Made by a program: the position numbers and the translations under genes. Source: Gammaproteobacteria bacterium (GTDB lineage: Bacteria > Pseudomonadota > Gammaproteobacteria > SZUA-21). From it: a stretch of DNA of 57,047 nucleotides. The stretch is from NCBI GenBank assembly GCA_003233345.1, contig QILK01000102.1, positions 1-57,047 on the forward strand, in the 5' to 3' direction. The notes under the pieces were generated by a model. It was given only the letters and a program-made list of their open reading frames with translations. It ran no database searches and was not told the origin of the DNA. This document shows, in pieces, positions 10,536 to 22,265 of the stretch. The number at the start of each line of letters is the position of its first letter. The stretch's first letter is position 1.

Positions 10536-12467
10536 ATGCCAAATATTACACTCCCCGACGGAAGTCAAAGACAATACCCCAATGCCATTAGTATTCACGA
10601 CATTGCCGCTGATATCGGCCCTGGGCTTGCCAAGTCCGCACTGGCCGGGTCAGTCAATGGTCAGTTAGTTGATACTAGTTTTGTGGTCGAAAATGATGCT
10701 GATATCGCGATTGTAACCGACAAAGATGAGGCTGGCCTTGAAGTTATTCGTCATTCGACAGCACATTTGCTAGCGCAGGCGGTCAAAGAATTATTTCCCA
10801 AGGCGCAGGTTACCATTGGGCCGGTCATCGAAAATGGGTTTTATTATGATTTTGCGTTTGAACGAACCTTTACGCCGGATGATTTAAAGGCCATCGAAAA
10901 GAAAATGCAAGCATTGGTAAAAAATAATTATCCGCTATCGCGGTCAGAAATGGATCGTCGTGAAGCGGTGGCGTTTTTTCGCAACAAAGGTGAAGAATAT
11001 AAAGCCCAGATTATCGACAGTATTCCTTCAGATGAGCCAATATCCTTGTATCAACAAGGCGAATTTATCGATCTTTGTCGGGGCCCTCACGTCCCGAGTA
11101 CGGGCAAGCTTAAGGCTTTCAAGCTAACCAAGGTAGCCGGTGCTTTTTGGCGTGGGGATGCTAAAAATGAAATGTTGCAACGGATTTACGGAACCGCCTG
11201 GCCAGATAAAAAGGCCCTCAAAGCGTATCTGCATCGTTTAGAAGAAGCCGAGAAACGCGATCACCGTCGCCTGGGTAAGCAACTGGATTTGTTTCATATT
11301 CAGGAAGAAGCGCCAGGTATGATTTTTTGGCATCATAAGGGCTGGGTGATCTATCAACAGATTACTCACTATATGCGTGCTCAGCTGGCTGCACACGGCT
11401 ATCAAGAGGTGAATACGCCGCAAGTGGTGGATCGCAGTCTGTGGGAGAAGTCCGGGCATTGGGATAAATTTCACGATGACATGTTTACCGTGTCTGCTGA
11501 GCATCGCGAGTATGCTGTCAAGCCCATGAATTGCCCTTGTCATATTCAGATCTATAATCAAGGTTTGAAGTCTTACCGAGATTTACCACTGCGGATGGCT
11601 GAGTTTGGGTCGTGTCACCGTAATGAGGCGTCTGGTACCCTGCATGGGTTGATGCGGCTGCGAAGCTTTGTTCAGGACGATGCACATATATTCTGTACCG
11701 AGTCTCAAATTCAACAAGAGGTATCCAATTTTATTGATTTGCTTTATAAGGTGTATAAAGATTTTGGTTTTGACAAGATTCTGATAAAATTATCGACCCG
11801 CCCGGAGCCAGAAAAACGTGTAGGCTCAGACGACATTTGGGACAAGGCCGAAAAGGCATTAGAGGATGCCTTAAATACCAAAGGTTTGGAATGGCAATTG
11901 CAGCCAGGTGAGGGCGCATTCTACGGTCCGAAAATTGAGTTTTCACTTAAGGATTGTCTCGATCGTATCTGGCAATGTGGAACCATGCAGGTAGACTTCT
12001 CAACACCAGGGAAACTGGATGCCCAGTATGTTGCCGAGGATGGTAGTCGGCAGGTACCCGTGATGCTGCACCGGGCGGTGCTGGGTTCGTTAGAACGATT
12101 TATAGGCATATTAATTGAACATTTTGCCGGTGCATTACCGGTTTGGTTGGCCCCCATTCAGGCCAGTGTTTTGAATATTACCGACAAACAGGGTGCATAT
12201 TCAAAAAAAGTTGAAGAAATACTGATTAATAAAGGTTTTAGGGTCGATTTGGACTTGAGAAATGAGAAAATCGGCTTTAAAATTCGCGAACACACTTTAC
12301 AGAAAATTCCGTACCTATTAATCATAGGTGATCGGGAAATGGAAAGTGGTACTGTTGCCGTGCGCAAGCGTGGTGGCGAGGATCTCGGTGCGATGTCTAT
12401 TGATGCGTTTGCTGATATCCTGGCGACTGAAAGCGTGAGCCACGGTTTAAATATTTTGGAGGATTAG
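10536..12467 (+). CDS. thrS: Threonyl-tRNA synthetase
   Basis: TGS domain, [53 protein letters not shown]. Confidence 0.99.
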   Translation: MPNITLPDGSQRQYPNAISIHDIAADIGPGLAKSALAGSVNGQLVDTSFVVENDADIAIVTDKDEAGLEVIRHSTAHLLAQAVKELFPKAQVTIGPVIENGFYYDFAFERTFTPDDLKAIEKKMQALVKNNYPLSRSEMDRREAVAFFRNKGEEYKAQIIDSIPSDEPISLYQQGEFIDLCRGPHVPSTGKLKAFKLTKVAGAFWRGDAKNEMLQRIYGTAWPDKKALKAYLHRLEEAEKRDHRRLGKQLDLFHIQEEAPGMIFWHHKGWVIYQQITHYMRAQLAAHGYQEVNTPQVVDRSLWEKSGHWDKFHDDMFTVSAEHREYAVKPMNCPCHIQIYNQGLKSYRDLPLRMAEFGSCHRNEASGTLHGLMRLRSFVQDDAHIFCTESQIQQEVSNFIDLLYKVYKDFGFDKILIKLSTRPEPEKRVGSDDIWDKAEKALEDALNTKGLEWQLQPGEGAFYGPKIEFSLKDCLDRIWQCGTMQVDFSTPGKLDAQYVAEDGSRQVPVMLHRAVLGSLERFIGILIEHFAGALPVWLAPIQASVLNITDKQGAYSKKVEEILINKGFRVDLDLRNEKIGFKIREHTLQKIPYLLIIGDREMESGTVAVRKRGGEDLGAMSIDAFADILATESVSHGLNILED

Positions 12468-12470
12468 AAT

Positions 12471-13004
12471 ATCGCAACACCTAAGATAAAAGCGCGTCTT
12501 AATACGCAGATTACATCACCTGAAGTAAGGGTAATTGGCACTGATGGAGAGCAGATTGGTGTTTTGACAGTCGATAAAGCCATTGATATTGCCAAAGGTG
12601 AGGGGTTAGACCTGGTAGAGGTCTCGCCCAATGTGCAGCCGCCCGTTTGCCGGATTATGGATTACGGCAAATATAAGTTTGAGGTCAGTAAAAAGGCGCA
12701 ATCGTCCAAAAAGAAACAGAAACAGATCCATATAAAGGAAATAAAATTTCGTCCAACGACGGATATAGGGGATTATGAGGTAAAACTACGCAACCTCATA
12801 CGTTTCCTAACCGACGGGGATAAAACCAAAGTCACTATGCGTTTTCGCGGTCGTGAGATGCGCCATCAGGAACTGGGTCTTCAGTTACTGCAGCGTGTTG
12901 AAAAAGATCTCGAAGAGTATGGCGTTGTTGAACAACGTCCATTGCTCGAAGGACGACAAATGGTTATGGTTTTAGGCCCTATTAAGCAAATAAAAAAGAG
13001 CTAA
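12471..13004 (+). CDS. infC: Translation initiation factor IF-3, non-canonical ATC start
   Basis: GGAGGA Shine-Dalgarno followed by ATC at 12471, in frame with the listed 12564 ORF and adding [23 protein letters not shown]. Contains [22 protein letters not shown] and KEIKFRP. Confidence 0.93.
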   Translation: MATPKIKARLNTQITSPEVRVIGTDGEQIGVLTVDKAIDIAKGEGLDLVEVSPNVQPPVCRIMDYGKYKFEVSKKAQSSKKKQKQIHIKEIKFRPTTDIGDYEVKLRNLIRFLTDGDKTKVTMRFRGREMRHQELGLQLLQRVEKDLEEYGVVEQRPLLEGRQMVMVLGPIKQIKKS

Positions 13005-13067
13005 ATTTTTGGGGCCATAGTGGCTGCAGGAATCGCTCAATTAACTTAAACGAATGCGGAGTTTAAA

Positions 13068-13265
13068 ATGCCAAAAATGAAAACTAATCGAGGCGCTGCC
13101 AAGCGTTTTCGACGCAATGCTGCGGGGAAGTTTAAGCGCGGCCAATCTCATCGACGTCATATCCTGACCAAGAAGAGCGCAAAACGTAAATTACATTTAC
13201 GTTCTGCTGCCTATGTTCATGATTCTGATTCCGCCAGCATTGATAAAATGCTGCCTTATAGATGA
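13068..13265 (+). CDS. rpmI: 50S ribosomal protein L35
   Basis: [14 protein letters not shown]...[11 protein letters not shown]. Confidence 0.98.
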   Translation: MPKMKTNRGAAKRFRRNAAGKFKRGQSHRRHILTKKSAKRKLHLRSAAYVHDSDSASIDKMLPYR

Positions 13266-13276
13266 GGTAAACAGCT

Positions 13277-13639
13277 ATGCCAAGAACCACTCGGGGCGTG
13301 ACTGCTCATGCCCGTCATAAAAAAGTCCTGAAAAAAGCCAAAGGTTACTACGGTGCCAGACGCAAAGTTTTTCGGGTTGCCAAACAGGCCGTCATTAAAG
13401 CAGGGCAATATGCCTATCGAGACCGCCGTCAACGCAAACGTCAATTCCGGGCACTGTGGATTGTACGCATCAATGCCGCCGCGCGTGACAATGGACTTTC
13501 CTATAGTCAGTTGATTAATGGCTTAAAGAAAGCCAGCATTGAAATTGATCGTAAAGCGCTTGCGGATATTGCCGTGTTTGATAAAACTGCCTTTGCGGTG
13601 ATTGCCGAGCAAGCTAAGGCTAGCCTGGCGGCAGCTTAG
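13277..13639 (+). CDS. rplT: 50S ribosomal protein L20
   Basis: [42 protein letters not shown]. Confidence 0.99.
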   Translation: MPRTTRGVTAHARHKKVLKKAKGYYGARRKVFRVAKQAVIKAGQYAYRDRRQRKRQFRALWIVRINAAARDNGLSYSQLINGLKKASIEIDRKALADIAVFDKTAFAVIAEQAKASLAAA

Positions 13640-13644
13640 AATAG

Positions 13645-13736
13645 AGGCGGACACTGATGAGTTAATAACTTAAGTCTAAGATCTCCTGGTCTTTAGGTGC
13701 TTGAGTCTTAAGTTATTAACTCATCAGTGTCCGCCT
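13645..13736. repeat. Palindromic REP/MITE-like element, family B copy (rplT-pheS)
   Basis: Perfect 30-bp inverted repeat AGGCGGACACTGATGAGTTAATAACTTAAG (13645-13674 / 13707-13736) around a 32-nt loop. Confidence 0.92.
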
Positions 13737-13748
13737 TCACTTCACTAA

Positions 13749-14771
<1,023 letters not shown>

Positions 14772-14777
14772 ATAGAT

Positions 14778-17165
14778 ATGAAAATAAGCACAGATTGGTT
14801 GCAAGAATGGGTACAACCGGACGCAAGCACGGATGAGCTTGCCCACCAATTTACCATGGCTGGCCTGGAAGTGGACGCGGTAGAAAAAGCGGCGCCGGAT
14901 TTCAACCATGTTTGTGTGGGACAGATACTATCCGTACATCAACATAATTCGGTAAAAAAATTAAGCGTCTGCCAGGTCGATGTCGGTGATAAAAAGCCAC
15001 TGATTATCGTTTGTGGCGCAGTCAATGTGCGCAGCGTTCTAAAAGTCGCTGTTGCCCGAGTGGGTGCGTCATTACCGGGTGGCAAAGAAATTAAACTGAC
15101 CGGCATTCGCGGGGTCGATTCAGAGGGTATGTTGTGTTCTGAGCAGGATCTGGGCATGGGCGAGGCCAGTGATGGCATCCTCGAGTTATTATCCACGGCG
15201 CCAGTTGCAAAAGATTTACGCGACTACCTGAACCTGGATGAACAGATCATTGAAATTGACCTGACACCCAATCGAGGCGATTGCCTGGGTATGGCTGGAA
15301 TCGCCCGTGAAGTGGGTGTTTATAATAAAGTTCCTGTCAGGGGCCCGAAAACTAAAATTATAAAACCGGTAATCGCCGATACATTAAATATTGATCTCCA
15401 GGCAACGGAAGCTTGCCCGCGTTATTTGGGCCGAATAATAAGAGAGGTCAACGCCAAGGCGGTCACACCCCTATGGATGCAAGAAAGACTACGCCGCTGT
15501 GGTTTTCGATCATTGGGGCCGTTAGTCGATGTAACGAACTATGTCTTGCTGGAATTGGGCCAGCCAATGCATGCATTTGATCTGGCGGTTATTCATGGAA
15601 AAATCAGTGTTAGGTTTGCCAGTAAAAATGAAAAATTAAAATTGCTGGATGAAACCGAGGTGACCTTAAATCCGGATGTGTTATTAATTGCTGACGATAA
15701 AGGGCCATTAGCAATGGCCGGTATTATGGGCGGTGATAAATCGGGTATTTCTGAGTCCACCAGCGATATTTTTTTGGAATGCGCATTTTTCTCGCCCAAG
15801 TTTATTGCCGGTAAAGCGCGACAGTATGGATTACAGACAGAATCATCGTATCGTTTCGAACGCGGTGTCGATCCAGAAATACAGCACCAGGCAATGGAAA
15901 GGGCGACGGAACTGTTGGTTAGTATCACCGGTGGCAAAGTGGCACCGATCGCTGAGGCGGTGGTAAAAGAACATCTGCCAAAGAAATTGGGCATTACTTT
16001 AAGACAAGCGCGCATAGAAAAAATTCTTGGCGTATCACTGACAGCAAAGCAAATCCAGGATAGTTTAAAAAGATTAGGGATGACACTGGCACCGATTAAA
16101 AACAGAAAGGGTGTCTGGCGTGTGCAAGCACCGCTTTATCGATTTGATATTAGTATCGAGGCAGATTTGATCGAAGAGGTTGGCAGAATCTACGGTTATG
16201 ACAATATTCCAGCAAGAAAGCCAATAGTCGGTTTAGCCATTAATCCACAGCCTGAGACAACGATTAAAACCAACCGATTTAAATCACGATTGGTCGATAG
16301 GGGTTACCAGGAGGTGATTACCTATAGTTTTGTATCCCCCGAGATTCAGGCGACCGTTAATCCAGAGGTAGCACCGGTCACACTGGCAAACCCAATGTCA
16401 GCTGAACTATCGGTCATGCGTACCAGTTTATGGGCGGGATTGTTGCAGACCATCAAATATAACCTGAATAGGCAGCAATCGACGATCAAAATTTTTGAAA
16501 CTGGTCTAAGCTTTATATCTCAAGGCACGGATATTTCACAGAAAAATATGATTTCTGGCGCGATCTGCGGAAATCGATGCGATGAGCAATGGATGGCAGT
16601 ACCTGAGGCGGTCGATTTTTTTGATATTAAGGGCGATGTTGAATCACTTATAGCGTTAACGGGTGATAAGCAACAATTTGAATTTGTTAACGCTAAGCAT
16701 CCAGCGCTACATCCAGGGCAATGTGCGCAGATAATTAGGGCTGGACAAGCACTCGGATGGCTTGGTAAACTTCATCCGGAAGTTGCGGCAAAACAACATC
16801 TTAGCGCTGATATCTACTTGTTCGAATTAGCGCTGGAAGATACCGCAGTGGCGCTACCGCCAGCTTTTTCGGCGTTATCAAAATATCCTGCGATCAGACG
16901 TGATATTGCCATTGTTGTCGATGAAAAAGTGACTTCAGGGCAAATATTTAAGGTAATACGCAGCACCATACCGGAACAATTGCAGGATATTAAGTTATTT
17001 GATGTTTATCGAGGCAAAGGAATTGATTCTGGTCGAAAAAGTTTAGCTTTAGGCTTGATTTTACAGGAATCTTCGCGCACTCTTGTAGATCAAGAGGCAG
17101 ATAGGGCCATTGAGTGGGTTATAGTCAGACTAAAGAAAGAGTTAGACGCATCATTGAGAGATTGA
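14778..17165 (+). CDS. pheT: Phenylalanyl-tRNA synthetase beta subunit
   Basis: IVCGA, SEGMLCS, DLTPNRGDCL, DVTNYVLLELGQPMHAFD, YRFERGVD, RRDIAIVV, KSLALGL. Confidence 0.99.
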   Translation: MKISTDWLQEWVQPDASTDELAHQFTMAGLEVDAVEKAAPDFNHVCVGQILSVHQHNSVKKLSVCQVDVGDKKPLIIVCGAVNVRSVLKVAVARVGASLPGGKEIKLTGIRGVDSEGMLCSEQDLGMGEASDGILELLSTAPVAKDLRDYLNLDEQIIEIDLTPNRGDCLGMAGIAREVGVYNKVPVRGPKTKIIKPVIADTLNIDLQATEACPRYLGRIIREVNAKAVTPLWMQERLRRCGFRSLGPLVDVTNYVLLELGQPMHAFDLAVIHGKISVRFASKNEKLKLLDETEVTLNPDVLLIADDKGPLAMAGIMGGDKSGISESTSDIFLECAFFSPKFIAGKARQYGLQTESSYRFERGVDPEIQHQAMERATELLVSITGGKVAPIAEAVVKEHLPKKLGITLRQARIEKILGVSLTAKQIQDSLKRLGMTLAPIKNRKGVWRVQAPLYRFDISIEADLIEEVGRIYGYDNIPARKPIVGLAINPQPETTIKTNRFKSRLVDRGYQEVITYSFVSPEIQATVNPEVAPVTLANPMSAELSVMRTSLWAGLLQTIKYNLNRQQSTIKIFETGLSFISQGTDISQKNMISGAICGNRCDEQWMAVPEAVDFFDIKGDVESLIALTGDKQQFEFVNAKHPALHPGQCAQIIRAGQALGWLGKLHPEVAAKQHLSADIYLFELALEDTAVALPPAFSALSKYPAIRRDIAIVVDEKVTSGQIFKVIRSTIPEQLQDIKLFDVYRGKGIDSGRKSLALGLILQESSRTLVDQEADRAIEWVIVRLKKELDASLRD

Positions 17166-17168
17166 ACT

Positions 17169-17480
17169 ATGGCATTAACAAAAGCAGCGATGGCCGAACG
17201 TTTACACGAAGATCTCGGTTTAAACAAACGAGAAGCAAAAGAACTTGTTGAATTGTTTTTTGAAGAAATTCGTGCAACACTTGAGTCAGGTAATCAGGTG
17301 AAATTGTCAGGGTTCGGCAATTTTAATTTACGCAATAAAAGTGAACGCCCAGGCAGAAATCCCAAAACTGGCGAAGAGATACCAATCACCGCCAGACGGG
17401 TTGTCACCTTTAGTCCTGGCCAAAAACTTAAAGCGAGAGTGGAAGCCTATGCTGGAAGTGGAGAACAGTCTCAGCAATAA
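17169..17480 (+). CDS. ihfA: Integration host factor subunit alpha
   Basis: [37 protein letters not shown]; follows pheT. Confidence 0.97.
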   Translation: MALTKAAMAERLHEDLGLNKREAKELVELFFEEIRATLESGNQVKLSGFGNFNLRNKSERPGRNPKTGEEIPITARRVVTFSPGQKLKARVEAYAGSGEQSQQ

Positions 17481-17817
17481 CAGAGAATTGCCGTCCATAC
17501 CAGGTAAACGTTATTTTACTATTGGTGAAGTCAGTGATCTTTGTTTTGTCAAACCTCATGTTCTGCGATATTGGGAACAGGAGTTTCCGCAACTGAAGCC
17601 GGTTAAGCGTAAGGGTAACCGAAGGTATTATCAGCGCCAGGACGTGTTGACCATTCGCCAGATTCGTAATCTACTCTACGAGCAGGGGTTTACCATCGGT
17701 GGCGCAAAACTGCGTCTTTCGGGCGAGTCGGCAAAGGATGATTCATCACAAAGCCAGCAAATTATTCGTCAGGTAAAGACAGAACTTGAAGAAGTATTAC
17801 ACATTTTACGTCGTTGA
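17449..17817 (+). CDS. MerR-family transcriptional regulator (conserved ihfA neighbour)
   Basis: ATG at 17449 gives ...[49 protein letters not shown]. The longer 17341 start overlaps ihfA. Confidence 0.92.
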   Translation: MLEVENSLSNNRELPSIPGKRYFTIGEVSDLCFVKPHVLRYWEQEFPQLKPVKRKGNRRYYQRQDVLTIRQIRNLLYEQGFTIGGAKLRLSGESAKDDSSQSQQIIRQVKTELEEVLHILRR

Positions 17818-17824
17818 AAGAAAG

Positions 17825-17847
17825 CATTGATAAGTTAATAACTTAAG
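17825..17847. repeat. Family B half-arm
   Basis: CATTGATAAGTTAATAACTTAAG matches the left arm of family B; the right arm is degenerate. Confidence 0.7.
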
Positions 17848-17933
17848 CTTTAAAATACTTAAAGAGTTTTAATTCGCTTATTTCCAATTTTTTAAGTTCC
17901 ACCTATACCGCAAATTTTCATAATGACTAAATA

Positions 17934-18010
<77 letters not shown>

Positions 18011-18093
18011 GTAACTCCTGGGTGCATTGTGGACACATGGTTTACATGTTTGTACCAGAGACTTAATTTGGGGCTGTTATCCTTTTTAGCAGC

Positions 18094-18189
18094 GCCCTTT
18101 ACATCCGCGAGCCAGAAGATTTTTTTCAGCGCAGACAACTGGGGTTGTAATGACGCTGAAAAAAATCTTCTGGCTCGCGGATGACGGGC
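18094..18189. repeat. Family A palindrome copy 2
   Basis: Perfect 30-bp inverted repeat CATCCGCGAGCCAGAAGATTTTTTTCAGCG (18102-18131 / 18154-18183). Confidence 0.9.
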
Positions 18190-18259
18190 TACCATTGAAT
18201 TTTAGGAAAAGCCTAAAAATATCTCACAAAAAAGAATAAAAATGTTAAACACACTGGAA

Positions 18260-18359
18260 GCCCCTATACCGCCAGTCAGAAGTTTTTTTTCGCGACATTA
18301 CAACCCCAGTTGTCTGCGCGAAAAAAAATCTTGTGGCTGGCGGTATAAAGAGGGGCGTT
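18260..18359. repeat. Family A palindrome copy 3 (inverted relative to copy 2)
   Basis: Imperfect inverted repeat TATACCGCCAGTCAGAAGTTTTTTTTCGCG. Its loop CATTACAACCCCAGTTGTCTG is the reverse complement of the copy 2 loop, and it ends in GAGGGGCGTT like copy 1. Confidence 0.88.
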
Positions 18360-18660
18360 CTCCCTAAAATCACCAAAATATCAGTTATCACCAACATTAG
18401 ATTATGACAAATTTTTGCGCATTTTTGATTTTTTTTTCTAATAGCCAGTTTTCTGGTAATTTTTTTACAAAATTCAAGCGTTTTTTGACGACTAGGGTCT
18501 TCAAAGCAGTAATTAAAACGTGATAAAATTTACTTTAAGATTCAACTTATTATTACGGGTAGGAAATATAAGTTGTTGCAACATAAATATATTATCCTGA
18601 ATTCATAGGGACTCAGCGTTATTGGGTTTAGGTAAATTAATCAAATTCAAGGTTACTAAA

Positions 18661-19170
18661 ATGTTTAATAAACATACAATAAATATTAGCTTGTTATTAT
18701 TAGCGATGATATACGGAACAAATTCTTTTGCGGCGGGAGCAAGATTAGCATTTATAGATATGAGGAAAGCGATATTAGAATCAGCAACAAAGAAAAAAGC
18801 GGATGAAAGATTAAATAAAGAGTTTGGTAAGCAAGAATCACAGATCAAAGCCGATTCTAAAAAACTCAAAGAGTTAGCCGAAAAAGTAAAAAAATCGGGT
18901 CGTAAAAATATCGACGATTCCACCTTTAAGGCGCAGCAAACATTTGTAAAACTAAGAAGAAAGTTATTACGCGAGAAGCAAAGTTTTACCCGGCGATTAA
19001 AGAAAAGGCAGCTTGAGGAAAAGAAAAAAATCAATAAAAAAGTAATGGGTGCAATCGCGTCGGTTGCTAAAAAGGGTAACTATGATGTAGTCCTGGTCAA
19101 CAAAGGTATTATTTACAAAAGCGCAAGCGCAGATATTACCGATAAAGTAAAGGCTCTCATGGATAAGTGA
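18661..19170 (+). CDS. OmpH/Skp-family periplasmic chaperone, paralog 1
   Basis: Signal peptide (SFA-A), RLAFIDMRKAI, coiled coil, VAKKGNYDVVL, ADITDKV. ATG 18661 preferred over the listed 18622 start. Confidence 0.82.
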   Translation: MFNKHTINISLLLLAMIYGTNSFAAGARLAFIDMRKAILESATKKKADERLNKEFGKQESQIKADSKKLKELAEKVKKSGRKNIDDSTFKAQQTFVKLRRKLLREKQSFTRRLKKRQLEEKKKINKKVMGAIASVAKKGNYDVVLVNKGIIYKSASADITDKVKALMDK

Positions 19171-19236
19171 TGGGTTGGAACCTAAGTTGTCTATCGCAGA
19201 TGCTATTTTAACAAATTCAATTAAGGATCGCTCATT

Positions 19237-19725
19237 ATGTGGTTAAGTAATAAGTTTAAATTTATGTCATTTTTTTTACTGTTTACCTGCAGTGGATTAC
19301 TCTTGGCAGGAGAAACGCGTGTTGCAATAGTTAAACTAGAAAAACTTTTAGTTTCCAGTAAAATCGGAAAAGCAGCAAACCATAAATTAAAAAAAGAGTT
19401 TGGTGGCAGAGAAAAAAAACTTAAAGGAAAAAGAAAAAAACTCGGGGAAATGATGGCCAAAGCTAGAACCAAGAGGTCAGCTAAATATTTGGCTGAGGTC
19501 GAAAAATTTAAAAGTACACTTAAATCTGAGCAGAAAATATTTATCATTGAATATAAAACCCGACGTGCCCAGGAAATGAATAAAATCAAGACTAAAGTAA
19601 AAAAGGTGATTAACTCATTTGGAAAAAAAGAGAAGTATGATCTGATATTGTATACCGGGATTGTCTATAATAATAAGGGTATAGACATCACCGACAAAGT
19701 AAGAGCGGCGTTGGATAAAAATTAG
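19237..19725 (+). CDS. OmpH/Skp-family periplasmic chaperone, paralog 2
   Basis: Signal peptide, RVAIVKLEKLL, FGKKEKYDLIL, IDITDKV. Confidence 0.82.
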   Translation: MWLSNKFKFMSFFLLFTCSGLLLAGETRVAIVKLEKLLVSSKIGKAANHKLKKEFGGREKKLKGKRKKLGEMMAKARTKRSAKYLAEVEKFKSTLKSEQKIFIIEYKTRRAQEMNKIKTKVKKVINSFGKKEKYDLILYTGIVYNNKGIDITDKVRAALDKN

Positions 19726-19746
19726 TAAGTTAGTTGAATAATAAAG

Positions 19747-19768
19747 AAGGGGTTTTCGCCCCTTTTTT
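19747..19768 (+). terminator. Rho-independent terminator after the skp pair (probably bidirectional)
   Basis: AAGGGG-TTTTCG-CCCCTT followed by a T run and preceded by an A-rich run. Confidence 0.75.
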
Positions 19769-19793
19769 GTAACCCCCGGCCGTCAGTTCTGTT

Positions 19794-19985
19794 TTATGCT
19801 GTCTCAGTTAGAGATTCTGATAGCCAAGTAAATATTCCAGCAATGACGCCAACACTGGCACCAAGAATTGCGCCATATGTCCCCATAAATGCAGCACCAA
19901 CAACTGATGCCGAGGCAACAGCGAGCAAAATACCCGCAGGGTAGATAAGTGCTGGGCTTAAGGTTTCAATATTTTTTGTGTTCAT
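19794..19985 (-). CDS. Small hydrophobic membrane protein (63 aa)
   Basis: ATG at 19985 with a GGAGAG RBS. Two Gly/Ala-rich TM segments (MNTKNIETLSPALIYPAGILLAV...). Confidence 0.6.
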   Translation of the reverse strand: MNTKNIETLSPALIYPAGILLAVASASVVGAAFMGTYGAILGASVGVIAGIFTWLSESLTETA

Positions 19986-20147
19986 AATTACTCTCCTGTT
20001 GATCTTGCTAATGAGTCGGCAGTTAGTCACTAAAGGTTCAACTTTACTAAAAATTCCAGTAATAAATGTGCAGGTGTTTGCTATAATGTTTTGAAAATTT
20101 GTGCAATTTCCAATGACACAGGTAACAAAACCAAGTATTTGTTTCAA

Positions 20148-20495
20148 ATGATTGAAATATATAAAAAAATATCAATAAAGTTGAAAAATCAGACCAGTGT
20201 ATTGTGGATAGCTTTTATTATTTTGATGATATCGACGGTAGTCTTAACCTTGATGTCAGCCGATGAAAAACTAGTGCTATTATTTTTTGCGATTACTTTA
20301 CTCACTTTCGGATTGGTTGGTAGTGTACGTTTTTTTTCCGAAACAGACCTCGATGTTAGGAAGGGCGATAGATTATTTTTACGAATAAAAAAACGGTTAA
20401 GACGTGTCATTGCTTGGGTGTTGGCACTTGTTCTAACGGTAGCCATGCTAATGCTGTTTAAACTGATTTACAGCGTAATCAAAATGATGCTATGA
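20148..20495 (+). CDS. Hypothetical multi-pass membrane protein coupled to lpxB
   Basis: Three hydrophobic segments; the stop overlaps the lpxB start (ATGA at 20492-20495). Start uncertain (20091 or 20148). Confidence 0.6.
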   Translation: MIEIYKKISIKLKNQTSVLWIAFIILMISTVVLTLMSADEKLVLLFFAITLLTFGLVGSVRFFSETDLDVRKGDRLFLRIKKRLRRVIAWVLALVLTVAMLMLFKLIYSVIKMML

Positions 20496-21634
20496 AAATC
20501 GCAATCGTAGCTGGAGAGGCATCAGGTGATCAACTCGCTGCAGGATTGATCGCGGAAATCAAAGCGCGTCATCCCAACGCAGTAATCTATGGCATTGCCG
20601 GTGATAAAATGGTGGCAGCCGGGTGTGAACAGCGATTTTTAATGGATGTTCTGTCGGTGATGGGTTTTGTAGAAGTATTGGGGAAACTTCGCGAAATATT
20701 AAAAGTCCGCAAAGCATTCTTTAAGCAACTGATTGCCGATCCACCGGATGTTTTTGTTGGCGTGGATGCGCCAGATTTTAATTTTCCTCTGGAGCGTAAA
20801 CTAAAAGAACGGGGTATTAAAACCATTCATTATGTCAGCCCTTCCGTTTGGGCATGGCGGCAAAAACGGGTAAAGAAAATCGCGCGCTCTATTGATTTAA
20901 TGTTGACATTATTTCCATTTGAAAATGCACTTTATGAAAAATATAATGCACGTGCCCAGTTTGTCGGTCATCCCCTGGCTGATATGATACCGGTAGAAGG
21001 CGACAGGCTAAAAGCCAGAAAGGCGCTTGGGTTAGAAGCTGACAGCCTGATTATTGCGCTGTTGCCGGGAAGTCGAAAGATGGAGGTACAGCGTCTAACC
21101 CGTCCCTTTATGCTGACGGCGCGATTACTGAGGAAGCGTTATCCCCACGCCGTTTTTATTTCACCGTTGGCGAATGCAAAGACAGAAGAAATGTTTCGTG
21201 CAGCAATTGATCTTGTTGCTCCAGAAATAGACGTAAAAATATATCGCAAGCAATCTCAACAGGTATTGACTGCCTGCGATACGGTCTTGTTGGCGTCCGG
21301 AACGGCGGCTCTGGAAGCGATGCTGGTGAACAGGCCAATGGTTGTTTCGTACAAATTTTCAACATTGACAACGTGGATTATAAGCGTCTTTAGGTTAATT
21401 AAAGTCGATCATGTGTCTTTGCCAAATCATTTGGCAGGTAAAAATATTGTAGACGAGGTCCTGCATCAAGCGGCAACACCAGAAAATTTATATGATGCAA
21501 TGATCAAGCTAATGACCGATAAAAAACGGCAACAGGATTTACAGGTAACCTTTACCAAAATTCACAAGCAATTAAAGCAAAATGCGAGTCAGCAAGCTTG
21601 CGCTGCGGTTTTATCGATGATCGGGAAATCGTAA
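20492..21634 (+). CDS. lpxB: Lipid-A-disaccharide synthase
   Basis: IVAGEASGD, VDAPDFN, HYVSPSVWAWR, FVGHPLAD, LLPGSR, ASGTAALE. Confidence 0.98.
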   Translation: MKIAIVAGEASGDQLAAGLIAEIKARHPNAVIYGIAGDKMVAAGCEQRFLMDVLSVMGFVEVLGKLREILKVRKAFFKQLIADPPDVFVGVDAPDFNFPLERKLKERGIKTIHYVSPSVWAWRQKRVKKIARSIDLMLTLFPFENALYEKYNARAQFVGHPLADMIPVEGDRLKARKALGLEADSLIIALLPGSRKMEVQRLTRPFMLTARLLRKRYPHAVFISPLANAKTEEMFRAAIDLVAPEIDVKIYRKQSQQVLTACDTVLLASGTAALEAMLVNRPMVVSYKFSTLTTWIISVFRLIKVDHVSLPNHLAGKNIVDEVLHQAATPENLYDAMIKLMTDKKRQQDLQVTFTKIHKQLKQNASQQACAAVLSMIGKS

Positions 21635-21670
21635 TGATGGCTTTATTTTCAATCTATAAGGACTAAAAAT

Positions 21671-22255
21671 TTGAACCAGGAATTTACACTAATCGCCGGT
21701 GTCGATGAGGCCGGGCGGGGCCCCTTGGCGGGCCCAGTTATTACGGCTGCTGTCATTTTACCTGCTCAGTATCAGTTACCGGGCTTAAACGATTCAAAAA
21801 AACTAACGGAAAAACAACGCATCAAGCTGGAAAAACTGATTAAATCCCAGGCTATATGCTGGATGACAGGGCGATCAGACCCCGATGAAATCGATAAAAT
21901 CAATATCCTATGGGCGACGATGCTGGCAATGAAACGTGCAGTAGAGGGCTTATCAGTTCAGCCTGAACGGGTTCTCGTCGATGGAAACCGTTGTCCTGAG
22001 CTATCCATTGAGGTTGAGGCGATTATTAAAGGGGACGAGACGGAGCCCGTTATTAGCGCTGCGTCAATTATCGCCAAGCAAACGAGAGACCGGGAAATGA
22101 TCGCGCTAGATAAGCAGTATCCTGAGTATGGATTTTCCAGTCATAAGGGTTATCCAACCAAAAAGCATATTGAGGCTCTGCATCGCTACGGGCCAACTTC
22201 AATTCATCGTCGAAGTTATGGCCCTGTACGCAATATTTTAGAAGGGAAAGATTAA
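21671..22255 (+). CDS. rnhB: Ribonuclease HII
   Basis: [44 protein letters not shown]. Confidence 0.98.
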   Translation: MNQEFTLIAGVDEAGRGPLAGPVITAAVILPAQYQLPGLNDSKKLTEKQRIKLEKLIKSQAICWMTGRSDPDEIDKINILWATMLAMKRAVEGLSVQPERVLVDGNRCPELSIEVEAIIKGDETEPVISAASIIAKQTRDREMIALDKQYPEYGFSSHKGYPTKKHIEALHRYGPTSIHRRSYGPVRNILEGKD

Positions 22256-22265
22256 GTCGTGGCCA

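Noticed and set aside
10398-10598. 66-aa minus-strand ORF
   Set aside because: Antisense to tRNA-Val and the thrS start.
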